64,000 nucleotides of DNA, taken from contig CAVZQN010000008.1 in NCBI GenBank assembly GCA_963777505.1, positions 320,001 to 384,000 on the forward strand, in the 5' to 3' direction. Origin of the DNA: an uncultured bacterium (GTDB lineage: Bacteria; Acidobacteriota; HRBIN11; JAKEFK01). Below, piece by piece: positions 63,547 to 64,000 of the stretch. Positions within the stretch are counted from its first letter, which is position 1; each line of letters begins with the position of its first letter. The position numbers were made by a program, and so were the translations under genes. The notes under the pieces are model-generated. The model searched no databases and was not told where the DNA came from. It worked only from the letters and a program-made list of their open reading frames with translations.

Positions 63547-63999
63547 CTAGTGAATGCTTCGTTCGCGCACTTCTTCTGAGGTCAGTCCATAAAGCGGAGG
63601 AGAAGGCACACCCAGAAGCTGCAAATACAAATAGATCTGCCCACGATGATGAACTTCATGCTCAATCATCGCCCGAAGCCACTTCCATAAAGTAATTTGG
63701 CCTCCGGACGGGATCGTACATTTTTTTTGCAAATCTTCGTCTGACAGAGAACGGAAAACTTCCATCGATTCCTGGTGAGTTCGATTCAAAAAGTTCAATA
63801 CTTCTTCATATCCATCCGCGAGTTCTTTGCCATGGCCTGAGTATCGGCTCTGTTGAAATTTCGCATGCTCAGCATACATGTACCGTTCAATCGCAGCGAT
63901 ATGGCGTATCAAGTCGCCAAAACTAAATTTTCCGTCTTTCGGTGACCAATCGATCTTATCAGGCGGAATGCATTTGATAACGCGGACGGTCCGCTCTCG
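63547..63999 (-). CDS. DinB family protein (5' end beyond window)
   Basis: Frame open to the window edge: RERT...FSFGDLIRHIA...MIEHEVHHRGQ, the DinB His motif. Confidence 0.88.
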   Translation of the reverse strand, partial: RERTVRVIKCIPPDKIDWSPKDGKFSFGDLIRHIAAIERYMYAEHAKFQQSRYSGHGKELADGYEEVLNFLNRTHQESMEVFRSLSDEDLQKKCTIPSGGQITLWKWLRAMIEHEVHHRGQIYLYLQLLGVPSPPLYGLTSEEVRERSIH

Positions 64000-64000
64000 A

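Overview
Bacterial chromosomal segment of moderate GC, probably Acidobacteriota-like (inferred from the tmRNA tag ANNNFALAA, pilin style and gene content; not verified). Bases 1-13.8 kb are mostly housekeeping and signalling: gpsA 3' end, M24 peptidase, TerC, a QueT-type ECF module, a GAF protein, tmRNA, amidase-GerMN-rph-rdgB, a membrane diguanylate cyclase and a deoxynucleoside kinase. Bases 13.8-60.6 kb form a large cell-surface glycosylation and pilus region interleaved with core genes (panBC, purM). It holds about eight multi-TM GT-C-like or O-ligase-like proteins, WecA, a UGM-like flavoprotein, GT2/GT4 enzymes, Fcl, DegT-cupin-methyltransferase genes, two Thr-type LtaS/EptA-like 'sulfatases', a NoeA-like kinase-methyltransferase with a small YLDPGSGS membrane peptide, and two beta-propeller lipoproteins. 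It also holds a sigma54-promoter-driven pilin, a second Ser-ending pilin coupled to an O-OTase-like gene, and a PilH/I/G-like ABC module with a PilR-like activator. The strongest leads are (i) this pilin/surface glycosylation system, (ii) the YLDPG-NoeA-phosphotransferase triad, and (iii) an amidase whose likely signal peptide starts inside the tmRNA gene. Four genes are each split by a +1 frameshift, which suggests sequencing insertion errors and calls for caution. No integrase, transposase, CRISPR array, rRNA or tRNA was seen. All calls come from reading the sequence; no database searches were run.
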